A DNA stretch of 51,587 nt, from the sequence record SRR31156797_4606. The stretch is one strand, 5' to 3'. The position numbers and the translations under genes are program-made. The notes below the pieces were generated by a model that had not been told where the DNA came from, did not search any database, and worked only from the letters and a program-made list of their open reading frames with translations. Below, piece after piece: positions 39,325 to 48,147 of the stretch (positions are counted from its first letter, which is position 1; every line of letters begins with the position of its first letter).

Positions 39325-42243
39325 ATGAAATCACTACTGTTCGTCGTATTTCTCGTCTTTCTTCCTGGACCTCTCTGTTTGGCCAGCAATCAGCCAACTC
39401 CAACTACCAACAAGGAATATTCCACCTGGGTGCAGGACATGAAAGCACAGCCCAGGGGACCTTTTAAAAAGGTGATGTGGTTTTGCAATGACGGCAGTGT
39501 GCTGCCGCCTAAGCCTTATGCCTGCAGAGAGCACGGCGGTGGACGGCAGCACGGCGAGTATACAAAACGCACTACTATTATGAGAGAAAATGGCTATTAC
39601 ATAGCCAACATATTAGCTGCCCTTGATATTGAAAAAACGCTGCAGGAACCTGATTTCATTGATCAGTACAACCAAATTCTGATAGAAAATTTTTTGGTTC
39701 AGATTGACGACGGCTGGATCATGAGGAAAGCTCAATTTTATCGTGGCGCTATCCAGGAAGAAAATGAAAGAGACGTCGCCAGAAAGCTTTTAACCAAGCT
39801 CAGTAATCAAGAGGAATGGATCACCTTTCGCTTTTTAGGTCTTTACAGTGGAGTACGATTACTGGCTCACGGAAAAGACACCGCTTCTGCACAACATATT
39901 CGACAACTCTCAGCTTCACTGGCTGAAAAAGATAAAGGGTTTCTGCCTCTCCGAGTAAAGATTCATGGATCTCCTGATGCAGGTGACGCTGCACTGGTTA
40001 AGCAGTATGCAAAAACGATCGAAGATAATGCCCAATACCTGCTGCTGGCAGATGAAATCGATCAGGTCTATACAGCTCCTGATCTGTCCGAGGCATTAGC
40101 TGCCCAGGCAAAAATATATTCCAAAGCACCCTGGCTGCAAAAATGGCTGCGTGACACAGCGCAAACATTGGCAAAAGACCCCAACCCTGAAAATCAATAC
40201 CGTACAACGGCAAAAGCTTTGGCCGATATACGCGATTTCTTACCAAAAATAAAAAGCCCAAATGCCAGGTTACAGTTGCTGGACTTGAGCCTGCAAGTTG
40301 AAGCCACCCATTTTACCAGCAGTACACAACTACGCAAAAACCTGCGTCAAATGCCTCGCAAGCAACTCATCAGTCTGCTGCAGACATCTGCCCTGGCTGC
40401 TTATGGCACAGGCGTGATCAATAAGAGAAGCCATCAACAGGCTGCGGCCTCCATCACCAAACTGAACAAAACTGAGGTAACTCTCACTGATTACAGTGAA
40501 GAATTACGCTATCTTGGAAGGGTGCCGGGATGGGGCACCCAAGCGATGCGTTTTCAATTTTACACTTCAATGCAAAAACTTGGGCAAATAGAACCGCTTG
40601 TCCATCTCTTTATCCAGGATCAGTTACGGGGTAGTCCTTTACTCTTTTTCTCTCAAATCCTTAATAGGCTGACCATTGATGTCAATCAACTATCAGGAGT
40701 CAAGCACAGCCTTTTCGGAAAAAAAATCGGGGTTGGATTTCATGCACTTAACCCTGGGCTGGTAAGAGGTACGCTCTATACCGATGTGCCTGCTGAAAGC
40801 ATTGCATCCATCAAGCCCGACGGCATTTACGTACTCCCGGAAACTGTTTCCGATCTTCCACCGTTATCAGGCATTATTACTGCTGGCGAGGGCAATCCAC
40901 TTTCCCATGTCCAGCTGCTTGCTCGTAATCTGGGAATCCCAAACGTAACGGTGAATGAAGATATTATCCCTGAATTACGCAAACATAATGGCCAAATTAT
41001 TATCATGGCGGTATCGCCTTCAGGTTTGGTTGAAATCAGTGCGGATAACGAACAATGGCAGGCCTTCTTTGGTGGGCCCGAAAAAAACAAAAAAGATGTT
41101 GTTATCCGGCCTGATCTGGAAAAACTGGACACATCATTTCACGAATGCATCGATTTAACCCAACTGCGCGCCACAGATTCAGGACGTATCGTCGGGCCTA
41201 AGGCCGCTAAACTTGGTGAACTCAAGCATATTTACCCGGATAAGGTAGCCAATGGAGTGGCAATTCCTTTTGGTGTTTTCCATCAATCGGTGCTGACCAA
41301 ACCATACAAAGGAAGCTCCAAAACGCTTTTTGACTGGATGACCGAACAGTATGCATTTCTCCATTCGGTGGAATCCGACCCTGTTAGTCACCGTCAAAAG
41401 ACGGAAGCCTTTCGCGCTGAATTATATGACATAATTCTTCAATCTCAACTCGACCCCGCATTTATTGATGCTCTGCGCAAATCCCTGGAACAGACATTTG
41501 GCAGCACAGATATTGGTGTCTTTGTACGCTCCGATACCAATGTGGAAGATTTACCCAACTTCACAGGAGCCGGCCTTAACCTGACCCTGCCAAATGTTAT
41601 CGGGTTTGACAATTTACTTGCTGCAGTCAAACAAGTGTGGGCATCTCCCTTCACCAAGAGAGCCTTTGCATGGCGCCAATCACATATGGAACAACCCCAA
41701 TATGTCTACCCTAGTATTCTACTGCTGCGTTCAGTGGCCAGTGACCAGTCCGGCGTCATGGTTACTGTAGACATCGACACCGGCAATCAGGATATTTTAT
41801 CAGTAGCGGTGAACGAAGGTATCGGCGGTGCCGTTGACGGACAATCAGCGGAGTCCTTACGCATAAACAGAAAAGATGCGTCGGTTCGAGTATTTGCGAC
41901 TGCTACAGCTCCTACAAGGCGACAACCATCTCCAGCAGGCGGGTTGATAGAACTCCCTGTGAGTGGATCTGAAACGCTTCTCCAGCCTGAAGAGATTCAA
42001 CAGCTCATAGAGTTTGCCAATGAGTTACCCGAGAAGTTTCCGTCCATCATTGATGATGCCGGTAATATGGCACCTGCTGATGTTGAATTTGGTTTTGTGC
42101 AGGGGCAATTGAATTTATTCCAGATTCGTCCCTTTTTAGATAATGATGCGGTACAGGGGGCCACCTACCTGATGGATATGGACAAAACCCTGCAGAGCGC
42201 CTCTTCCATAAATGTAAACATGAATGGAGTTCCGCAAAAATGA
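39325..42243 (+). CDS. Exported PEP-synthase/glucan-water-dikinase-like protein (unknown N-domain, phospho-His swivel, C-terminal PPDK_N ATP-grasp)
   Basis: Signal peptide MKSLLFVVFLVFLPGPLCLA; GNPLSHVQLLARNLGIPN; VGPKAAKLGEL; FVRSDTNVEDLPNFTGAGL; VKQVWAS; SGVMVT; DVEFG...FQIRP. Confidence 0.85.
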   Translation: MKSLLFVVFLVFLPGPLCLASNQPTPTTNKEYSTWVQDMKAQPRGPFKKVMWFCNDGSVLPPKPYACREHGGGRQHGEYTKRTTIMRENGYYIANILAALDIEKTLQEPDFIDQYNQILIENFLVQIDDGWIMRKAQFYRGAIQEENERDVARKLLTKLSNQEEWITFRFLGLYSGVRLLAHGKDTASAQHIRQLSASLAEKDKGFLPLRVKIHGSPDAGDAALVKQYAKTIEDNAQYLLLADEIDQVYTAPDLSEALAAQAKIYSKAPWLQKWLRDTAQTLAKDPNPENQYRTTAKALADIRDFLPKIKSPNARLQLLDLSLQVEATHFTSSTQLRKNLRQMPRKQLISLLQTSALAAYGTGVINKRSHQQAAASITKLNKTEVTLTDYSEELRYLGRVPGWGTQAMRFQFYTSMQKLGQIEPLVHLFIQDQLRGSPLLFFSQILNRLTIDVNQLSGVKHSLFGKKIGVGFHALNPGLVRGTLYTDVPAESIASIKPDGIYVLPETVSDLPPLSGIITAGEGNPLSHVQLLARNLGIPNVTVNEDIIPELRKHNGQIIIMAVSPSGLVEISADNEQWQAFFGGPEKNKKDVVIRPDLEKLDTSFHECIDLTQLRATDSGRIVGPKAAKLGELKHIYPDKVANGVAIPFGVFHQSVLTKPYKGSSKTLFDWMTEQYAFLHSVESDPVSHRQKTEAFRAELYDIILQSQLDPAFIDALRKSLEQTFGSTDIGVFVRSDTNVEDLPNFTGAGLNLTLPNVIGFDNLLAAVKQVWASPFTKRAFAWRQSHMEQPQYVYPSILLLRSVASDQSGVMVTVDIDTGNQDILSVAVNEGIGGAVDGQSAESLRINRKDASVRVFATATAPTRRQPSPAGGLIELPVSGSETLLQPEEIQQLIEFANELPEKFPSIIDDAGNMAPADVEFGFVQGQLNLFQIRPFLDNDAVQGATYLMDMDKTLQSASSINVNMNGVPQK

Positions 42244-43526
42244 AACAAAACAGGAACATGCACATTCTTGCCAGCCTGCTCTTCCTGCTTACCCTGTCCT
42301 CGACAATGGTTCAGGCCTACCCACTGGATGGATACGCTGACACCGGCATACGACGAACAGAAGGTGCACGTCTGGCAAACCTGGGGATCATTGCAGATGT
42401 CAAGCAACCTCCAGGTGCTCTGTTGACAACCAAACAGGTCGATCTACGTTTGCTGGAGCATAAAAGTTTTCAAATTCCTACTCCAGACCCAGAACTCTCA
42501 GCACAAATTAAAACACTGCTGGGGACACATATCAACGAGTACAGTATTGCTCTACTTGATTTAACAGACATAGCGAGCCCCCGCTATGCTGTACACCGCG
42601 GTGATCACAAACAAAATGTAGGCAGTGTCGGTAAGATACTGGTCGCGTTGGGATTTTTTCAGGCGTTGGCAGATACTTGGCCCGACGACACAACTCAACG
42701 CATTGGGGTCCTAAAAAATACACTGGTGACAGCAGATAAATTCAGCCAGTCTGATCATCATACAATCCGAATTTTTGACATAGAAAACAAAAAATTAACC
42801 AGAAAAACCATGCAAAGAGGTGATCAGGGGTCACAATGGGAATATCTGGACTGGATGCTGTCGGTCAGTTCCAATGCGGCTGCGGCAATGAACCAACGCC
42901 AAGGGATGCTGCTCACCCATTATGGTAAGGATTTCCAACCAAATGAAGAAGAAATACAGCGTTTTTTTAAAGATACGCCTACCAAAGAAAAGACAGCTCT
43001 TTACCAAAAAACATTTTGGGATCCGGTTAGCCGCAATGGTTTAGATCTTGAGCAGATGCGCCAAGGCAGCTTTTTTACTCGAGAAGGTAAACAGCAGGTA
43101 AACGGCGGCGGTAACAGCTATGCAACCGCAAACCAATTACTTAAGCTGCTGATCAAAATGGAGCAAGGGCAACTGGTTGATGAGTTTTCTTCGCGACAAT
43201 TGAAACGGCTACTGTATATGACGGAACGGCGCATTCGCTATGCCTCGGCACCGGCTCTGGCCAACTCAGCAGTCTATTATAAATCCGGATCGTTATATAA
43301 ATGCAAGAAAGAGGAAGGGTTTAAGTGCAGCGCCTACAGGGGAAATGTCCGCAATTATATGAACTCCGTCGCCATCGTCGAAAGCCCGCCTGAAGAAGGC
43401 AGTCTTTATTATATGGTGATCGTCATTTCTAATGTATTGCGGCAAAACTCGGCGATGGAGCATCAGACCTTGGGAACCCGTATTCATCGCCTAATACAGA
43501 AAGAACATTCGCCAGCTACACAATGA
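42240..43526 (+). CDS. Exported serine hydrolase, class A beta-lactamase/PBP fold
   Basis: Signal peptide; SVGK (SxxK), SSN (SxN), KSG. Its listed start at 42240 overlaps the dikinase stop codon. Confidence 0.8.
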   Translation: MKQNRNMHILASLLFLLTLSSTMVQAYPLDGYADTGIRRTEGARLANLGIIADVKQPPGALLTTKQVDLRLLEHKSFQIPTPDPELSAQIKTLLGTHINEYSIALLDLTDIASPRYAVHRGDHKQNVGSVGKILVALGFFQALADTWPDDTTQRIGVLKNTLVTADKFSQSDHHTIRIFDIENKKLTRKTMQRGDQGSQWEYLDWMLSVSSNAAAAMNQRQGMLLTHYGKDFQPNEEEIQRFFKDTPTKEKTALYQKTFWDPVSRNGLDLEQMRQGSFFTREGKQQVNGGGNSYATANQLLKLLIKMEQGQLVDEFSSRQLKRLLYMTERRIRYASAPALANSAVYYKSGSLYKCKKEEGFKCSAYRGNVRNYMNSVAIVESPPEEGSLYYMVIVISNVLRQNSAMEHQTLGTRIHRLIQKEHSPATQ

Positions 43527-43556
43527 AGCAAATGACTGAAATTCTTTTTTCATCAA

Positions 43557-45020
43557 ATGAATAAAAAACCGACAACACAACGCAGTCGCATAGAAAATTT
43601 TTTACAACTTTTTACTGATATACAGCCCGGAGAGGGAACAACGGCAATCATGATGTTTGCCAACGTCTTTCTTATTCTCTGCGCGTATTATTTCATTAAG
43701 CCACTGCGGGAAGGTTGGATTGCGGTATCTGACATTTCCGGACTGACCAAGATGGAGGTCAAAGCCTATTCCAGTTTTTTCCAGGCAATGCTGCTGCTCG
43801 TTATCGTTGGCTGGTATGGCAGGTTGTCTGAAAAATGGGACCGTTCAGCGCTGGTAGCCCGAACCACCCTTTTCTGCATTGCCAATATGGTGATGTTTTG
43901 GGTTGTCCAGCCAGGTTTGTTTTTTAAGGCACTCCCCTTTTCAGGCATTCTTTTTTACCTCTGGGTAGGCATGTTTGGTGCATTTGTTGTGGCACAGTTC
44001 TGGACCTTTTGTGCTGACATCTATACCGATGAAGCAGGCAAGCGCCTGTTACCTGTGATTGCCATAGGGGCAACATCCGGCGCGGCTTTTGGTTCTAAAA
44101 TTGTTAATATACTTGTAGGCAGCGGGTTTGTTCCTTCCGAGGCTTTACTCCTGGCCGGAACGGTACCGCTCTTTGCTTCGATTGCTCTGACGCGTCTAGT
44201 TGATGCCAGACAGCGCAACCACACTGAAGCACGGCTGAAAGCCTCCAAAGACAAGCAAAAAAAGAGGCATGGTAATAAAAAAGGCTCTCCAAAAATAGCC
44301 TCTTCCCCTTATGACACCTCACAAAAGAAACAGCAGGGGCTCAGCTTTCTTTTAAATGGTGCAAAACTCGTTTTTAACAGCCGTTTTCTGCTGGCGATTG
44401 CGCTGCTGACCTTATTAAACAACTGGGTTAATACCAATGGCGAGAACCTGTTATTTCAGGTCGTTCAGAACACGTTGACAGAGCAAGCTGTACACCAAAA
44501 AATCACTGACCCTCAATCTATACTGGAGTTTACCCGCAACGGCACCACAGCTTTTTACGGAAATTTTTTCTTTTGGGTCAATCTAGCTGCACTTCTCTTA
44601 CAAGCTCTTGTCGCTTCTCGTCTCCTTAAATTTGGCGGATTTGCGGCAATTATACTGATTCTGCCAGTGATTGCGATGATGTCATATACGGTTATGGCAC
44701 TTGTCCCCATACTCATCATCGTGAAAATTATGAAAATTGCCGAAAACTCAACAGACTATTCCTTAAACAATACTGCTCGCCACGTACTTTGGCTGCCAAT
44801 GGATTCTGCCACTACATTTCATGCTAAGCCAGCAATTGACACCTTGTATGCCCGCATCGGAGATGGCCTCGCCGCCTTAACGGTGCTGCTTGGGGTACAG
44901 ATCTTTGCCTTGTCTACAGTGCAGTTTTTTGTCTTTAATATTTTTCTTGTTTTTCTGTGGCTATTTTTTGCGGTGATACTCATCAGGGAGCGACGTAAGC
45001 TTGTGGAAAATATGGAATAA
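43557..45020 (+). CDS. NTT/TLC-family nucleotide (ATP/ADP) translocase-like MFS protein
   Basis: LCAYYFIKPLRE; YLWVGMF...VAQFW; KRLLPVIAIGATSGA; DYSLNNTARHVLWLP; KPAIDT...RIGD; about 12 TM segments. Confidence 0.82.
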   Translation: MNKKPTTQRSRIENFLQLFTDIQPGEGTTAIMMFANVFLILCAYYFIKPLREGWIAVSDISGLTKMEVKAYSSFFQAMLLLVIVGWYGRLSEKWDRSALVARTTLFCIANMVMFWVVQPGLFFKALPFSGILFYLWVGMFGAFVVAQFWTFCADIYTDEAGKRLLPVIAIGATSGAAFGSKIVNILVGSGFVPSEALLLAGTVPLFASIALTRLVDARQRNHTEARLKASKDKQKKRHGNKKGSPKIASSPYDTSQKKQQGLSFLLNGAKLVFNSRFLLAIALLTLLNNWVNTNGENLLFQVVQNTLTEQAVHQKITDPQSILEFTRNGTTAFYGNFFFWVNLAALLLQALVASRLLKFGGFAAIILILPVIAMMSYTVMALVPILIIVKIMKIAENSTDYSLNNTARHVLWLPMDSATTFHAKPAIDTLYARIGDGLAALTVLLGVQIFALSTVQFFVFNIFLVFLWLFFAVILIRERRKLVENME

Positions 45021-45031
45021 CGACAACACCT

Positions 45032-45928
45032 TTACTGCTCACCGGTAATCATTGCATGCAAAGGCAACCCTAACTTTTCCAGCCATTTCCCACCTTGCTT
45101 GGAATCTGACAGCCCGACAATAATATACTTGGAATCTTTACACTGAACCAGTGCACTGTCGGCATGACAATTTTTCCAGGAGCCTGACTTACGATAAATT
45201 TCTATTTCAGGCACATTTTCCAACCCTTTCACAAACTTGTGACGGATTCCAGGCTTACTGAGTATTTCCTTCATTTTTTCGGTATATTCTGGTGTTAACA
45301 GCTGTTCTGTTTCCAACAGGTAATAAAATCGAGCCGCCTGAATAGCGGTGGCTCCATGGGAAAAGTTATAAAGGGGATCTCGGTGATAGGCTCCACTTTT
45401 ACCATACGGTTTGCCGACCCATAAGCCGCCATTATGCTTCGGATCGTAGAGAGCAAAGTCAGGGCCCTGAATAATTTCCAATAACCGTTCTCCACCAACA
45501 AGTGACAATACATAACTCGCTGCGGTGTTGCTGGAATAGCGGATCATTTCGGTCATCTGCTTATAGAGATCATCGCTTTCCTGCAGTTTACCCGCCTCAA
45601 TCTCGACAAAGGCACCCAGCAAAATAGCAATTTTAGGTAAGCTGGCGGCATAATACATTTGGTTACCGTTAAGCTGTGCCAGGCGGGGGGTTTGCAATGC
45701 ACTTATCTCCACAACGACTAATGCAAGATGTTTATTTGTAACCTGGCTCCATAATCCCTGCTGCTTAACAACTTTTTCCAGTTTTTGCTGGAGTACAGCA
45801 TCACTTGCTTCCCAAAGCGTTGGAAAAACAGGTTGCTGGACGTTGCTGAACTCTGCAGCAAAACCTGCCAGGCAAGATACGATATACACAAGAAAAACTG
45901 ACAAAAAGAAATACATACGCATTTTCAA
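45032..45928 (-). CDS. Exported serine hydrolase, class A beta-lactamase fold
   Basis: Signal peptide; YAASLPK, SSN, KSGS, HADSALV. Converges on the NTT gene. Confidence 0.82.
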   Translation of the reverse strand: MKMRMYFFLSVFLVYIVSCLAGFAAEFSNVQQPVFPTLWEASDAVLQQKLEKVVKQQGLWSQVTNKHLALVVVEISALQTPRLAQLNGNQMYYAASLPKIAILLGAFVEIEAGKLQESDDLYKQMTEMIRYSSNTAASYVLSLVGGERLLEIIQGPDFALYDPKHNGGLWVGKPYGKSGAYHRDPLYNFSHGATAIQAARFYYLLETEQLLTPEYTEKMKEILSKPGIRHKFVKGLENVPEIEIYRKSGSWKNCHADSALVQCKDSKYIIVGLSDSKQGGKWLEKLGLPLHAMITGEQ

Positions 45929-46120
45929 TAAAAAGAGAAACGAATCATGAATAATTGTTAGCCAAAGTTAGCATAGTTACATTTAGTGAAGGTTAAGTAT
46001 ATTGTCCTGCTTTGACATAAAACAAGGCTATCGCTTCCACTCAACTCTTGCAACTCTACAAGTTGTATTCACAGCCTCAAAATCAAAGGCCAAAATAATA
46101 TCTGCATAACTGATAAAAAA

Positions 46121-46134
46121 TTGATCTGCATCAA
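46121..46134. promoter_or_regulatory. Perfect CRP/FNR-family box
   Basis: TTGAT-ctgc-ATCAA, about 90 bp upstream of the HPP gene. Confidence 0.7.
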
Positions 46135-46225
46135 AGAATTACCATCACGGACCTGCTAGTATGCCATTGGCGTTACTAAGAAAAGATGGAGAGAAGTCTT
46201 GAACAAAAAATAATGGGCAATAATA

Positions 46226-46786
46226 ATGGGAATTTATCAAATATCGGTCCCGCAACCTGTTACCTCAAAGGTACAGATACTCTGGTCATGGGTTGGTGCA
46301 TTTATTGGGATCGCCTCCGTATCAATGATCACCCAGTTTGCTCTTGAGGGTACAAGTTTAATACTGATAATAGGTTCATTCGGGGCCTCTGCCGTATTGA
46401 TATACGGAGCGGAGGATAGCCCCCTTGCCCAACCAAGAAATTTAATAGGCGGTCATATACTGTCGGCTATGGTGGGAGTTACCGCATTCCAACTCTTACC
46501 GAGTCAACTGTGGTTGGCTGCTCCTCTGGCTGTTGCAACAGCGATTGCGTTAATGCAGTTTACAACTACATTGCATCCCCCTGGCGGTGCGACGGCACTT
46601 ATTGCAGTTATTGGCGATGAGAATATTCATCAACTCGGCTACACATATGCTCTTTTCCCGGTTGCCACCGGTGCCTTTCTCATGCTGATCATTGCCCTGA
46701 TGATTAATAAATTAGCACCAGGAAGAACTTATCCGAAGAAGAAGCAGCCGCATTCAACACTGGTTGCTGGCGTCGTAAAAACTTGA
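46226..46786 (+). CDS. HPP-family membrane protein (candidate nitrite transporter)
   Basis: SFGASAVLIYG..SPLAQPRN; TLHPPGGATAL. Confidence 0.9.
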   Translation: MGIYQISVPQPVTSKVQILWSWVGAFIGIASVSMITQFALEGTSLILIIGSFGASAVLIYGAEDSPLAQPRNLIGGHILSAMVGVTAFQLLPSQLWLAAPLAVATAIALMQFTTTLHPPGGATALIAVIGDENIHQLGYTYALFPVATGAFLMLIIALMINKLAPGRTYPKKKQPHSTLVAGVVKT

Positions 46787-47229
46787 GCCGGATAGCCTGG
46801 AATGCGCACGGTAACAGTATCTTCACTTAATACCCTTTTCCAGGGTGTTATCTGATTCGGATGCACTGCTAATTGTTGAACCAGATCTGCTTGTGTTTGA
46901 GTTCCTTTTGGGGAATTATTGGTAACAGCGTTTCCACTTATTCAATTTTTTGGACCACCTCTATTGGGGATTGCAGCGAAAGTGTTGATATGAAGAGAAC
47001 GGGGAAAACCATACACCCGCTTTGAAAAGGGGGTGCCTGCTTTACGTTTAGGCAACTGTATATATCAGGTACAAAAGGAGAGCCCTCATCCACTTCTTAA
47101 TTCCGTGTTATTGAGCAAAATGCCTAGTAATTTTTTTTCTACAATATAGGTACCTGACGGAGCAGTTACTTTACCTATTGTTACTCCTGGTATTGTTTGG
47201 TAATGTCTACTTGATCCTTCTCGCTTGCT

Positions 47230-47267
47230 TTTACTGATAATTTCACAAGCACCAATTTATCAGTAAA
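47230..47267. promoter_or_regulatory. 11-bp perfect inverted repeat upstream of nrfHA
   Basis: TTTACTGATAA-N16-TTATCAGTAAA. Confidence 0.5.
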
Positions 47268-47500
47268 CGAAAGGTTTACTATATTTGCATGTGATCATTT
47301 CAACCAGTTGGAGATTTCCCCTGTGACATTTTCCAACAATCCCGAAACTTGAGTTAAGATCAAGCAGCCGGCCTTATGCCATGGGCTTTTTGCTATTTAT
47401 TTATTTTATAGAAAGTACGCTTTAACCAGAAGAACTAAAAAGCTTTAGCTCTCTGGTAATAACTTCATTTAATTTATAAATTCTTAAAGGAGGTGAATTA

Positions 47501-47608
47501 ATGGCATATGCGCCAGTATTCAGAGTTAGCAAAACAGATTACGTATTTTTTTGTGTTTTTCTTGCGGTGCTGGTTACATTATTGAACTTATCGGGATTTA
47601 ATTTATGA
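47501..47608 (+). CDS. Unannotated 35-aa membrane peptide MAYAPVFRVSKTDYVFFCVFLAVLVTLLNLSGFNL
   Basis: Strong AAGGAGGTG RBS at 47487-47495; one hydrophobic segment; its TGA overlaps the nrfH ATG (ATGA at 47605-47608). Confidence 0.6.
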   Translation: MAYAPVFRVSKTDYVFFCVFLAVLVTLLNLSGFNL

Positions 47609-48132
47609 AAACAGGTAAATTACTAGTTTCCAGTTCTATCTTTGCCTTTGTCCTAGCCATTATAATGTTAGGATATCTGGTAAATGCATCAAAAGCCCTC
47701 TCTTACCTGTCAAAAGACCCACTAGCCTGTATCAACTGTCATGTAATGAATACTCAATATGCAACTTGGCAGCACAGTTCTCATCGTAGAGTTGCCAGTT
47801 GTGTCGAATGCCACCTACCTACAGAATCTATTGTCGACAAGTATATGGCTAAGGCCAGAGATGGATGGAACCACTCTGTAGCCTTTACCATGAACACCTT
47901 TGGGCAAAACATTCAGATTAGTGAAGATGGGGCAAAGCGTGTACAGGCTAACTGTTTATCCTGTCATGCCAAACTTGCAGAGACTCTCGTCTCTAATAGA
48001 GACAGGTATCACGATTTTAACGGCACCCCGGCGACAGACAGAAAATGCTGGGATTGTCACCGTGAGGTACCGCATGGTAAGGTAAGAAGTTTAGCAGCAA
48101 CTCCCAACAACCTTGGTGTTAGAGAACTCTAA
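47605..48132 (+). CDS. nrfH: Cytochrome c nitrite reductase small subunit (tetraheme quinol dehydrogenase)
   Basis: N-terminal TM; CINCHVM, CVECH, CLSCH, CWDCH; VPHG. Confidence 0.95.
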   Translation: MKTGKLLVSSSIFAFVLAIIMLGYLVNASKALSYLSKDPLACINCHVMNTQYATWQHSSHRRVASCVECHLPTESIVDKYMAKARDGWNHSVAFTMNTFGQNIQISEDGAKRVQANCLSCHAKLAETLVSNRDRYHDFNGTPATDRKCWDCHREVPHGKVRSLAATPNNLGVREL

Positions 48133-48147
48133 TTCGTGGAGGAAATA

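Noticed and set aside
39325-42243. Calling it ppsA, ppdK or rifampin phosphotransferase
   Set aside because: Domain order is reversed (swivel before ATP-grasp), there is no PEP-binding TIM barrel, and it has a signal peptide.
42240-45928. Calling the two SxxK proteins resistance beta-lactamases
   Set aside because: Fold motifs are present, but I cannot identify a class A omega-loop Glu motif; the substrate is unknown.
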